Below, piece after piece: positions 50,977-61,048 of a stretch of DNA of 62,298 bases. Each line of letters opens with the position of its first letter. The first letter of the stretch is position 1. Source of the DNA: an uncultured cyanobacterium (lineage in GTDB: Bacteria; Cyanobacteriota; Cyanobacteriia; Cyanobacteriales; CAWCAG01); contig CAWCAG010000002.1 in assembly GCA_963793425.1 (NCBI GenBank), positions 1 through 62,298 of the forward strand. The letters are read 5' to 3'. The notes under the pieces were generated by a model. The model did not search any database. It was given only the letters and a program-made list of their open reading frames with translations, and had not been told where the DNA came from. Position numbers and translations under genes: made by a program.

Positions 50977-52638
50977 ATGTATACAGCTATTTCCTTTGCA
51001 CCAGTGCAAGGTTTTATTGAAAAGTCTCGTAAGTTGAGAGATTTGTTTGGAGCATCTCTAATCCTCTCCCACCTTACCTCTAAACTAATTGAAGGGCTGA
51101 TTCCTAAGCAAGAGAGGGGAGAAAGAGTTATTTCTCCAGGGTTGCTGCAATTCGAGAAGGGTATGCCCAACAAAATTTTGCTAAAGGGGGAGTATTCTTC
51201 AGAAGAGATTAAGAATGTTTTCTTATTGAGTTGGAAAAATTTATTGACCGAGTGTAAAAAGTGGCTACAAGAAAATGTACAGGTTGACTCTGGGTATCAA
51301 TGGGAGAGACACTGGCGTAATTGGGGCAACCATGCTTGGGAAGTCTTCTGGGGTGTGGGAGATACACCAGATTCAGCAATGAAAGACTTGGAAAATCGCA
51401 AACTTTCCCGTCGTTGGACAGCTATCAATTGGCAGTGGGATAGTTCTAGTCTTAGTGGTGCAGACGGTATCGTCTTTCCTAATATGAGTTCTCCGGACTT
51501 TGCACCCCAAAAAGATAAGTCAAAGGAAGAAAAGAAGGAACAAAACCGTAAGCATAAAGAAGCTATTGATAGTTTTTATCGGCAACTGGCAGAAGTTTTA
51601 GATGATTCTAAGTCTAATGCTTCTCAGAATGAAGATGATGAACCAGAAGGGAAATTCATTGACTCCAACGAAAGATTAAGCATTCCGGAGTTAGTTAAAC
51701 GTTTAGTTACCAGGGAAGATATTGCTGAAGAAGTAGGTATAAGCCAGTTACATCGTGGTTTTAAAGAAATTAGGCGTATTCCTGAAAAGAAAACAACTAA
51801 TCCTGAAGAGTCACAGGGGCAGTGGACAGGTTGGTTTATGGGAGATGGGGATAAGGTAGGAGATTACGTCAAAGGTTTATATGAGAAAGAGGGAGAAGCA
51901 GGACTCCGGAGATTTAGCCATGCTCTCCGAGATTGGGGAAAACGATTCCAAGAATTTTTCCCTAGCAGATTGGGAAGGGTTATTTATGCAGGAGGAGATG
52001 ACTTTTTAGGAGTTATTTATAGCAAAAAAATAAACCAACAGATTCCTGGGACTACAGCCGTAGATTGGTTGAGGGAATTGTCTCAAAAGTGGCAAGAGCA
52101 TAAAGAAAAAATTACTCTCAGCGTTGGTTTTGTCTGGGCTGCGCCCCGTGTACCTCAGAGGGATTTATTACAACATTGCCGCCAAACAGAAAAACTAGCT
52201 AAGAGTTTAGGGCGCGATCGCGTAACGATTAGGGTGTTATTTAACAGTGGGCAATATGTGCAATGGAGTTGTCCTTGGAACTATTTGCACATATTAACCA
52301 AGTATCAAGATAGGGAAGGTATCGGTTATCGTAATGGAGACTTTCTACAGTATGAAGATGCTAAAGGCAATCCCTGGGACGAACCTCCTAATTGGAGTCA
52401 TGTTTACACAGATTTAGCACACCTTAAAGCTAGGCACGTTATAGATTTAAACGCTAACGAAGATAATGCTGATGACCGCATCGCTTTGAAATTATTTGAC
52501 CTCTATTTCCGTAAACAAAGTGAATATTTAACTGATAATTCAGAACGAATTATTGGTAAAAACGAGGGGCTAGAGTATACCGATGTAAACCATTGGATTG
52601 ACGGCTTAATCCAAATCGGTTGGCATTTATGTTCCTAG
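50977..52638 (+). CDS. cas10: Cas10/Cmr2 lacking HD domain
   Basis: Begins directly at ISFAPVQGFIEKSRKLRDL; GDGDKVG and IYAGGDDFL palm motifs; 553 aa. Confidence 0.95.
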   Translation: MYTAISFAPVQGFIEKSRKLRDLFGASLILSHLTSKLIEGLIPKQERGERVISPGLLQFEKGMPNKILLKGEYSSEEIKNVFLLSWKNLLTECKKWLQENVQVDSGYQWERHWRNWGNHAWEVFWGVGDTPDSAMKDLENRKLSRRWTAINWQWDSSSLSGADGIVFPNMSSPDFAPQKDKSKEEKKEQNRKHKEAIDSFYRQLAEVLDDSKSNASQNEDDEPEGKFIDSNERLSIPELVKRLVTREDIAEEVGISQLHRGFKEIRRIPEKKTTNPEESQGQWTGWFMGDGDKVGDYVKGLYEKEGEAGLRRFSHALRDWGKRFQEFFPSRLGRVIYAGGDDFLGVIYSKKINQQIPGTTAVDWLRELSQKWQEHKEKITLSVGFVWAAPRVPQRDLLQHCRQTEKLAKSLGRDRVTIRVLFNSGQYVQWSCPWNYLHILTKYQDREGIGYRNGDFLQYEDAKGNPWDEPPNWSHVYTDLAHLKARHVIDLNANEDNADDRIALKLFDLYFRKQSEYLTDNSERIIGKNEGLEYTDVNHWIDGLIQIGWHLCS

Positions 52639-52703
52639 CGTTGCTGATTTATGCCTGAATCAGAAAATGATACTGTCCGTAGCTCTTAGCCATTAGCAAT
52701 TTT

Positions 52704-53708
52704 ATGTTTAAACACCTAATTATTATCAACCCTCTGGGTACAATGTACGGTAGTTCAGGGGGCTTCCTTTCCCCAGAAAATTTAGTAGGTATCTCTCGGC
52801 GTAAGTTTCCCCCTGAAGCAGCTACCCTCTCTGGATTGTTTTTTCTTGCTGCTGAAGAAGGTGGAACTAAAGAGTTTGCTTCCCATAAAGAACTCAAAGG
52901 AAAGCTGCACGTTGCTGGGCCATTCTGGGCGAAGCTAAACGACCCCTATAACTTCTATGTACCAATCCCTTGGCATAAGGTCATAGCTAAAGAAGAAACA
53001 GATCAATGGCACATTGAGGAAGGTAAATGGCAGCGTAACCAAGAAGAAATCGAACCAGATTATAAGTGGCAAACTATTGATTCCTGGGATGATTCACCAG
53101 ATACCATCTTAAGCAATGAATCTGCTAGTGCAGACCCTTGGAAGTTCACTCCGATTTTGCATCCTCATCTCAAACCAGAAGAGCGTTGTAGTAAAAGTGA
53201 AGATGGTTTGCTCTTAGAAAGTGCAGTGCAAATGCCAGAAGACCACTGTTTAGTTTACCTTTCTACCCACAAGTTACCGGATGGTTGGTATCGCTTTGGA
53301 GGAGAAAATCACACTGTAGAAGTTACTAGTGAGCCAATTGATGAAGGGCTTACAGAACAGTTTGACCAACCTTTAGGTAACGCTTTCACCCTCATAACGC
53401 CAGGAATCTGGGGTTCTAATCGCTTTTCTGAACGTTATCCTCAACCCTTAGCGCAAAAAGCACCAACAAAAGGTAAGCCCTTAATGCTAACGGATAAGCC
53501 TATTCCCTATCGCTACCGTCTCTCTGGCTTTATGGGTAGGGGGCGTTATGCTGTCGCCCCTGGTAGTGTCTATGTTCTGGAGAAGGCTTTAGAAGAGTCT
53601 TGGTGGGACTTACCTGAAGACTGGTTTCCCACTGAAGGTATCAGTCTGAAAAAAATGGGTTGTGGTCTTTGTTTACCTGTCAATATTAAAGGATTAGACA
53701 ATGTATAA
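52704..53708 (+). CDS. cmr3: Cmr3 (Cas5-group RAMP)
   Basis: FPPEAATLSG, YRFGGEN, LITPG, AVAPGSVY, GCG glycine loop. Confidence 0.88.
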   Translation: MFKHLIIINPLGTMYGSSGGFLSPENLVGISRRKFPPEAATLSGLFFLAAEEGGTKEFASHKELKGKLHVAGPFWAKLNDPYNFYVPIPWHKVIAKEETDQWHIEEGKWQRNQEEIEPDYKWQTIDSWDDSPDTILSNESASADPWKFTPILHPHLKPEERCSKSEDGLLLESAVQMPEDHCLVYLSTHKLPDGWYRFGGENHTVEVTSEPIDEGLTEQFDQPLGNAFTLITPGIWGSNRFSERYPQPLAQKAPTKGKPLMLTDKPIPYRYRLSGFMGRGRYAVAPGSVYVLEKALEESWWDLPEDWFPTEGISLKKMGCGLCLPVNIKGLDNV

Positions 53709-54543
53709 AAAAGCTTACGGAATCATTGAAACCCTTGCTCCTCTTCATGTAGGAGCAACAGCAGGAGAAGAAAGTGGGAATTTGAACTTAATCTTCCGTG
53801 ACCAGTTTACTCAAACTGGCATTGTCCCTGGTAGTTCCATTCGTGGACGTTTGCGTTCTGAGATGCGTAATGACTTAGGAGAAGAAGAGGAAAGCTACTG
53901 GTATGGATACAAAGCAGAATCTACCCTTTCTGATAACACTACAGAATCTCGGATTAAGATTGAACACGCTTCTATAGTTTGGCTACCTGTATTTTGTCCT
54001 GGTCAACCTATTGTTTGGGTAACTTGTCCGATGTTACTGCAAAGATATAAACGTGTTGTGGGTATAGATGCAGACGTACCAGATCCCTACACAGCTTCTA
54101 ACACTTTGCAACCTCTCCATGTAGAGGGAGAAGATAAGCTCTTTTTTAACTTCGGTTTCTTAACTATCGAAGATGAGCAAGATTTGTCTGCCTGGTTTCC
54201 TTTTGGTCAGGAACTTCCTGCTGTGGTTGTTGCTAATGATGAAATCGCTATGATTCACGACATGGCTCTTTATCGGCAAAGTAGGGTGAGATTGGAAGAT
54301 GATGAAAAAAGAGTTAAAGGGGGACAGTTTTTCAACACAGAAGCTTTGCCAGAACAAACCATACTTATTTTCCCTATTGCTTTGAAGGAAAAGAAGGAAA
54401 GCCAAGATTCGCAAGAAGAAACAAAAGCCCAAAAAACTTGGCAACCTTTTAAAGATAAACGCACTGAAGACATCTATTTGGGAGGGCTAGAATCTATTGG
54501 TTTTGGTCATTGCAAGCTGCTAGTCAAAGATAGACAAGACTAA
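53701..54543 (+). CDS. cmr4: Cmr4 (Cas7-group RAMP)
   Basis: PLHVGA, IVPGSSIRGRLR, WVTCP, YLGGLESIGFG. Confidence 0.93.
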   Translation: MYKKAYGIIETLAPLHVGATAGEESGNLNLIFRDQFTQTGIVPGSSIRGRLRSEMRNDLGEEEESYWYGYKAESTLSDNTTESRIKIEHASIVWLPVFCPGQPIVWVTCPMLLQRYKRVVGIDADVPDPYTASNTLQPLHVEGEDKLFFNFGFLTIEDEQDLSAWFPFGQELPAVVVANDEIAMIHDMALYRQSRVRLEDDEKRVKGGQFFNTEALPEQTILIFPIALKEKKESQDSQEETKAQKTWQPFKDKRTEDIYLGGLESIGFGHCKLLVKDRQD

Positions 54544-54572
54544 CAAGGAAAACTAATAAAGGAGGAATAACT

Positions 54573-54971
54573 ATGGCATGGCAATCCTACAGCTTAGACC
54601 AAGAAGCACATGATTTAGCACTAAAATACCGTGAAGATAAAGATGCAGCCAAAGAAGCACACAAGATGCGTATGACTGTAGCCTATGGTTTAGAACGCTT
54701 TTGGGGAGAACATCTGCGTTTAGAAGGTTCTAGCAAAGGTGATTACTGGCAAGATACTTGGCAAGCCTTGCACGATATTTTAGCCTTAGCAGGGATTAAT
54801 TTGCCTAATGATGAGGTTAGTAGCAATGATACTGAGGCTATTGAAGCAATGGCAGCTAAAATCTGGGCTTTTCCTACTAATCATAGCAAAGTCGCTTTAG
54901 CTATCCTTACCCAGTTGTGTGACAGCATGGTTTGGTGGACGCAACGTTACAAAAAGCGCCAAGCAGATTAA
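54573..54971 (+). CDS. cmr5: Cmr5-like small subunit (Cas11)
   Basis: 132-aa helical protein between cmr4 and cmr6; YGLERF motif. Confidence 0.75.
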   Translation: MAWQSYSLDQEAHDLALKYREDKDAAKEAHKMRMTVAYGLERFWGEHLRLEGSSKGDYWQDTWQALHDILALAGINLPNDEVSSNDTEAIEAMAAKIWAFPTNHSKVALAILTQLCDSMVWWTQRYKKRQAD

Positions 54972-55056
54972 CTGAAAAGCTAACAGCTAATAGCTAACAG
55001 CTAATAGCTACGAACAGATTACTTTATAATCCTATACTTTAAATCAGCAACGCCAA

Positions 55057-56748
55057 ATGCACAACAGAGTACCTTTAATGTACCAGGCACAATTGCCGGA
55101 AAGAGGAAAAATTCAATATGCAGGGGATGAAGGCCCTGCTGCTAAGTGGATTGAACAATGGCTAGAAGGGTGTCCACCTGTTCCTAGTAATGTGGATGAA
55201 AAGATACCTCTTTATAAACGCCGTAGCCTCAAACCAGAAGTAAAGATGCCTGAATTTGGGCCGGAGGTAGAAACTAAAGACTACACCTTCAGTTGGCGTT
55301 TTGTAACTGATGCTGGTCAAGATGAAGGATGTATCCGTCCGGTTATTGGTGCTAAGGGTTTACCTTTTATTCCTGGTTCGAGTATGAAAGGTGCTTTCCT
55401 GCGTCATTGCCCTCAGAAAAAGAAACTCAAGTACTGTGGTGGCGAGGTACGGGAAAAGGGAGAAATTAAGATGAAACCAGGGATTTTGCGTTTTCATGGC
55501 GCTTATCCTGTGGATATGTCTTGGGCAAAACGAAAGCGCTTGATGGATATTATTCATCCCCAGCAAGAACGTCAGGTGATGGAAAATAAAACTACTAGCG
55601 CACACGTGCAGATTTCCCTTTATCAACCAACTTTAAGGTTTGGTATTTCCAGTAGTAAAAAATTAACTACCCAAGAATGGCAGGAAGTTTGGGCTATTTG
55701 GGAACAAGCTTTAGGGGAGGGAATGGGTTCGCGGGTAAGTGCTGGTTATGGACAAGTTACATCTCTAGCTAGCCCGAAAAAGCCTTTGCTGGCAGTTCAT
55801 TTGCAAGGGCAAGGATTAGCTTCCCAGTTACTGAATAATACCCCAGAGTTTCGTCCTAATATGTTTAAGGCAGCTTTGCGGGGTCACACTTTGCGTTGGT
55901 TAGCAGGGGTAACTGATAAAGAGACAGCTTTGGCTTTAACTAAACAACTCTGGGGTGGCATTGATGGGGAAGCAGGGGCGATAGTTGGTAAGTTGGGAGT
56001 TAACTTCGTTGCTGATGAAGAGAATCTTCAGGTAGGGAAATATCGCTATGATTTGCAAAAAGGTGAGTTAGCTGTTCACTGTCTAGCTAAAGTGAGTACT
56101 CAAGAAAAGAAAGAGTTACGAAAGTTGGTTAGACAAATAATTAGATTCTCCTTATTACTGGGGGGTTTTGGTAAATCTTGGCGTAGGATAGACCATGAGC
56201 TTTTTTTTCCTAGCTATGTCAATAACAGCAACAATCCTGGGATTGGTTGTCATTGGCAGTTTGCGGAGGAATCGGAGAAACTGTATTTGCCAGTTCACTC
56301 TCTAAAAAATGTTACAGATTTTCTGGACTATTACCAAAATTTGATTACAGAATGGGTGCAATCTAACCGAAAAACAACTGGTAACTCAGTCCGGGAGTGG
56401 CGGGAAGCATGGCATCCGAGTAAAGTTCAAGTGTGGGGTCGTATTGCCCAGAGTGAGAGAGATAGCACAGCCATTTACTGGTTACATGGGCCATACTCTG
56501 GTAAGAAATCGATTAAGAACACTGCCTTGACAGGAAAGATAGGGCAAATTGGTCGTCTTTGGCATCGTATGTATCCCCGTTACAAGAATTACAGAGACAA
56601 GAGTAGCGGAGAGATTGTTTTACGTTCTACAGGGGAGTATATAGAGTTGCTTACTCTTTTTCCTGATGAGTCTCAAACAACGACAGATTTTTTGAGATAT
56701 CTATACAATGTGTCTGATTTTGAACTGTTGTTTGGCGAGATAAGATAA
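55057..56748 (+). CDS. cmr6: Two-RAMP fusion (Cmr6-Cmr1 type)
   Basis: PFIPGSSMKGAF and GMGSRVSAGYG in first RAMP; FKAALRGHTLRW and LLGGFGKSWRR in second RAMP. Confidence 0.85.
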   Translation: MHNRVPLMYQAQLPERGKIQYAGDEGPAAKWIEQWLEGCPPVPSNVDEKIPLYKRRSLKPEVKMPEFGPEVETKDYTFSWRFVTDAGQDEGCIRPVIGAKGLPFIPGSSMKGAFLRHCPQKKKLKYCGGEVREKGEIKMKPGILRFHGAYPVDMSWAKRKRLMDIIHPQQERQVMENKTTSAHVQISLYQPTLRFGISSSKKLTTQEWQEVWAIWEQALGEGMGSRVSAGYGQVTSLASPKKPLLAVHLQGQGLASQLLNNTPEFRPNMFKAALRGHTLRWLAGVTDKETALALTKQLWGGIDGEAGAIVGKLGVNFVADEENLQVGKYRYDLQKGELAVHCLAKVSTQEKKELRKLVRQIIRFSLLLGGFGKSWRRIDHELFFPSYVNNSNNPGIGCHWQFAEESEKLYLPVHSLKNVTDFLDYYQNLITEWVQSNRKTTGNSVREWREAWHPSKVQVWGRIAQSERDSTAIYWLHGPYSGKKSIKNTALTGKIGQIGRLWHRMYPRYKNYRDKSSGEIVLRSTGEYIELLTLFPDESQTTTDFLRYLYNVSDFELLFGEIR

Positions 56749-56822
56749 CTTCTTCTCAACAAGAACATCAGAAATTGTGGTGATATCTAACGTCTACTTC
56801 TTATACTCTACTCTTTTTTGAT

Positions 56823-58502
56823 ATGGCAATTTGGCTTTTGACTATTGGTAATAGTGACGTTCAACTAAAAAGAAATGTGAAGTGGAAGGATTGGCAACGT
56901 GATTTTAAAAAAGGGCTAAATAACTGTAATTTTACTCCGGTAGACAACGAACTAGCTAACAAAACCAAGACTAGTCTTGTTCCTTCACGAGCTTTGGGAT
57001 ATGTTTACACTCAGGAATTGAAAGAAAAACCAGATAAAAAGGTAGATAGATACGCAAGTTTGGTATTTCCTCTTCTCAATAACTTTTGTAGTTGTTTGAA
57101 GGCAAACGAAGATGGAAAACAGAATATTGAACTATCTCAAATTGTCATTTTTGTGACAGACCAATCTCAAGTTTTTGCCAGCAACCAACTTAGTAAGTTC
57201 AATTGTCCTTATTGGCAGGATACTTGTGAGTTAGAGCCGATTATCTCCAAATATCTCAACGAAGCTTTTCCTAATGTCAGGCAAAAGTTCATTAGACTCT
57301 GCTCAAAGTCTTCTCAAGAAGGTCTAGAAAACTGGAATAGCACTTTAAATCTTGTCAAGGAAGAACTTTCTGCTCTATTACCTGAACTCAATCGAAATTC
57401 AGAAGAAACAATTTATGTAAGTCATCAAGCTAGTACTCCTGCTATCTCTTCTGCGGTGCAGTTTATGAGCTTAACTACCTTTGGCGATCGCATTAGGTTC
57501 TTAGTCAGTAATGAATACAATGATCAACCGGGGGAAATTATTGCTAGTTCTACTTATTTACGAGGAATTAAAGTTCAGCAAGCAACTGGTTTAATCAAAG
57601 CTGGCTCTCCTGGTGGCGCTATGCAGTTGTTGCAAGATGTAGAAGATATTAAAGCAGGAGATAAAAAAGAGTTAGATGCCTTGGTTAGTTTTTTCAATAT
57701 TGAAAGTTCAGGAGATAGTAAAACTGATTTTGAAGTAGATATAACTATAGCTAGAATTATTAATGCCCTCGACTTGATTGAGAAGTTCTTTGAACAGGAA
57801 AATTACATTCAAGGAATTACTCTCTTAGCGGCTGCTCAGGAAGCTTTTGTGAAAGCTGCTATCGTCAATAAATTAGAGAAACTTTCTACTATTTCTGGCC
57901 AAACTCAAGGCAAGGTTTATAGATTTAAACCTCGCCGACTCTTTAAATGGTTTGAAGGAGGGTTATGGTTCGATGAGCGCTATTTGATAAGAGAACTCAA
58001 TCTTAGTAAGGATGAAGTTCAATTAGCTAAGCAAGCAATTATGGCAAAATTAGGATTTACTTTAAGTAAGTATACAGGTCAAAACTGGCAACTACTTCCT
58101 TGGTTACAAAATTTAGCTAGCACATTTAAACCTTGGGATTTGCTAGAGTGGACTGGCAAGTATAAAAGAGACTTTGATAGCGACAAACGTAATCAAATTA
58201 TGCACAATTTGCGAGGGGTAGAAAAAAAAGATGTTGTTAAGTACTTATTAGGAAAAGAGAATAATGAAGATGTTGCTGAGTACTTACAAAGTAGAGATAA
58301 AGATAAAGCAGAACATTTATTAAGTAAAGATGAATGCGAGGAAATAACTAAAGGTATCACTAAGCAAGATATTTACGAAGTTTATCAAGAGAAAGTTAAA
58401 CAACCTTTTATAGAAGCTATTCAAGATTTGAAATTACCTTACAAAAAAACTAATCTACAAAATAGGTTGAATAAGTTAGCAGAGCGATTAGCTATACAAT
58501 AA
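56823..58502 (+). CDS. Putative CARF-like + HEPN ancillary ribonuclease (Csx1/Csm6-like)
   Basis: N-terminal LLTIGNSD, IFVTDQ...DT, IYVSHQASTPAI Rossmann-like pattern; C-terminal RNQIMH (R-x4-H); last gene of cmr operon. Confidence 0.7.
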   Translation: MAIWLLTIGNSDVQLKRNVKWKDWQRDFKKGLNNCNFTPVDNELANKTKTSLVPSRALGYVYTQELKEKPDKKVDRYASLVFPLLNNFCSCLKANEDGKQNIELSQIVIFVTDQSQVFASNQLSKFNCPYWQDTCELEPIISKYLNEAFPNVRQKFIRLCSKSSQEGLENWNSTLNLVKEELSALLPELNRNSEETIYVSHQASTPAISSAVQFMSLTTFGDRIRFLVSNEYNDQPGEIIASSTYLRGIKVQQATGLIKAGSPGGAMQLLQDVEDIKAGDKKELDALVSFFNIESSGDSKTDFEVDITIARIINALDLIEKFFEQENYIQGITLLAAAQEAFVKAAIVNKLEKLSTISGQTQGKVYRFKPRRLFKWFEGGLWFDERYLIRELNLSKDEVQLAKQAIMAKLGFTLSKYTGQNWQLLPWLQNLASTFKPWDLLEWTGKYKRDFDSDKRNQIMHNLRGVEKKDVVKYLLGKENNEDVAEYLQSRDKDKAEHLLSKDECEEITKGITKQDIYEVYQEKVKQPFIEAIQDLKLPYKKTNLQNRLNKLAERLAIQ

Positions 58503-58699
58503 CTATGTTGTGATCGCTTTGATTCAAAATCAAACAAAAATGGCGGGATGTGATCGCGATGGTGGGCTTCTCAAATTATGCCTACACACAATCAATCAAA
58601 TAAATGTCTCCTGATATCCTGTGCATTTAAGATTACGATGAGTCAAGTAGTTGCTAATTGGTAAAAATTGAGTAGCAAATTTCTAATTTTCGTATGTAT

Positions 58700-58938
58700 A
58701 ATTACTTGATTTTGCGCGGCAGGGTAGGTCACAGAATTGCCTCTTTTTCAAAAATGGCTGAAAGTAAGGCAGAGATAGGGTTTCAGCGTTTTTCTATCGT
58801 AAGAGTACCGCGCACCTTACACAGCAAGAGTTTCAGCGTTTTGAGCTTGTTTTGTTGGTTCGATTATGGTAAATTTGTAGGGGTTCCGCGCAAACGGGCT
58901 TTGAAAGCTAAATATAATAAGGGTTTCAGAGTACCGCA
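58700..58938 (+). promoter_or_regulatory. Leader of array 5
   Basis: TGCGCGG 58713 (inverted), CCGCGCA 58808 and 58886; GTTTCAG motif three times. Confidence 0.8.
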
Positions 58939-59923
58939 GGTTCACCAATTTCCTTAAATTGGTATTGTTGGAAACATAAGATCACCTACCCATGAGAAAA
59001 TTGAGACATGGGTTCACCAATTTCCTTAAATTGGTATTGTTGGAAACAAAAAGGATTTTACTGGTTCTTTTGCCTACAAAGGGTTCACCAATTTCCTTAA
59101 ATTGGTATTGTTGGAAACGTATTACTACCCGATACATATCAGCTTTTCATAATCAACGGTTCACCAATTTCCTTAAATTGGTATTGTTGGAAACTTCCAG
59201 TCAATTAAAGATAGTTGTCCATCCACGGTTCACCAATTTCCTTAAATTGGTATTGTTGGAAACTCCTCCTCTGGCTCTTCTTTCCACCCTGACTTTTCCT
59301 TGGTTCACCAATTTCCTTAAATTGGTATTGTTGGAAACAATTCCTTTAAAACCCCCAAATTGACCTTTGCCGGTTCACCAATTTCCTTAAATTGGTATTG
59401 TTGGAAACTATTCCTTCCTCATCTTCATAGAGCATCTCGTAAGGTTCACCAATTTCCTTAAATTGGTATTGTTGGAAACACCAAGGATTCAACCTCAGCA
59501 ATAGCATCTTGCACCGGTTGGGTTCACCAATTTCCTTAAATTGGTATTGTTGGAAACGCGGATGTAAGATGTGTTTCCACTCCTGCCCTTCGGTTCACCA
59601 ATTTCCTTAAATTGGTATTGTTGGAAACATACTCAAGTATCGGTGCATCAGATGGCTCTGCGGTTCACCAATTTCCTTAAATTGGTATTGTTGGAAACAC
59701 GTCGATGAAATTTTTAAACTCTCCCCTCTTAGGTTCACCAATTTCCTTAAATTGGTATTGTTGGAAAACCACTTTTGGAAGTAGCGCGATCGCATTTTGA
59801 TTATAGCTATGGTTCACCAATTTCCTTAAATTGGTATTGTTGGAAACGCGATCGCATATATCTTTTGGCCACCAAGGCGAAATATCGGTTCACCAATTTC
59901 CTTAAATTGGTATTGTTGGAGAC
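58939..59923 (+). CRISPR. CRISPR array 5: 14 x 37-nt repeats, 13 spacers
   Basis: GGTTCACCAATTTCCTTAAATTGGTATTGTTGGAAAC at 58939,59011,59082,59158,59227,59302,59372,59443,59521,59592,59662,59732,59811,59887; variants at the trailer end. Confidence 0.98.
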
Positions 59924-61048
59924 GCGAAAGAAACTACCATTAATAGGGTCAAATATAGCGAGGCTGTTATGAAGTACACTTTGTCCCAAAAGTATTGATA
60001 TATAAGGGTTTCAGAGTCGAAGGTTTTGTATATCTTTTTTAGTAGTATACACGTAGAGAATAGCTACATAGCAGATATATCAGTAGCTAGAGCAATCGAG
60101 GAATAAAATGAAGAGGAAGCCTTTCATGACGAATTAGAGCAGGCTTCAAACGAGGGTAAGCATTACTTGCCCAGATGTTTCCATGCCCAAGTTCTAGCAT
60201 CTGCGATCGCCACCTCATTTCGAGCCGCGTATGGAACCTTTTTTTGATACACTTCTAACCAAAGAGATATCTTTCGTAGAGGGAGAAACAGTTGAGTTTG
60301 CTGAGTAGCGAACAATTAAGCTAATGTATTCTATGCCTTAGTTGAACAAACCGCAATAGGAAAGTCTCAGAAAAAGGGAGTAATTGGGAGTATTTTAGAG
60401 GTAAGTTTTGGCTAGCAAAGTAAGTCAATATAAGTAAAAACAAAGCAACAATAAAATTAAGAATAATCAAAAAACAATTAGAGTAATAAAGATAGATGTA
60501 GAAGGGCTTAAAAGAAGTAAAAGAAAGTTCAAAAAAGCCAGAAACCAGACAGAGAAAGAGAAGTAGATCAACAATTTACAGAAAGTAAAATAAAGCAACA
60601 GAAAGTCGTAAAAGTGTGAGTAAACAATCTCGTAAAAGTGAAGATAAAAAAGAGAAAAAAAGAGAAAATAGAAAAAACCAACGACCACAAAGAAAATAAT
60701 TAATAAATACAAAGAAACCTTGAAACTCTTGTCTGACAAAGCATAAAAGGATTTAGAAGAAGAAATACAAAGAGAGAAATAATAACAAAGACATATAATA
60801 TAGTAAAAAGAATAAATTGTCAAATCAGCAAGTAAAGTAAAATGTGAGCAAAGCACAAAGACAGCTAGTAAAATAGAAAAATAAATTCATAAATCGAGAA
60901 CAAAATAACCTTTATTTTGTAACTAGTTCAGAGATAAAATAACTAGTAACGATGTAGAAATAAGATACATTAGTAATAACTAAAAAGAAAATGTGAGGGT
61001 GCAATAAGAACATCAATATTCTTCAAATAGCATCAGGGGAAAAGAAAG

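Noticed and set aside
24..59923. Self-targeting spacers within the window
   Set aside because: None found by eye; an exhaustive alignment was not possible
58694..59989. ORFs across leader 5 and array 5
   Set aside because: Repeat-derived periodic peptides
60467..60856. 129-aa F/L/Y-rich ORF
   Set aside because: Artefact of the T-rich minus strand of the A-rich tract
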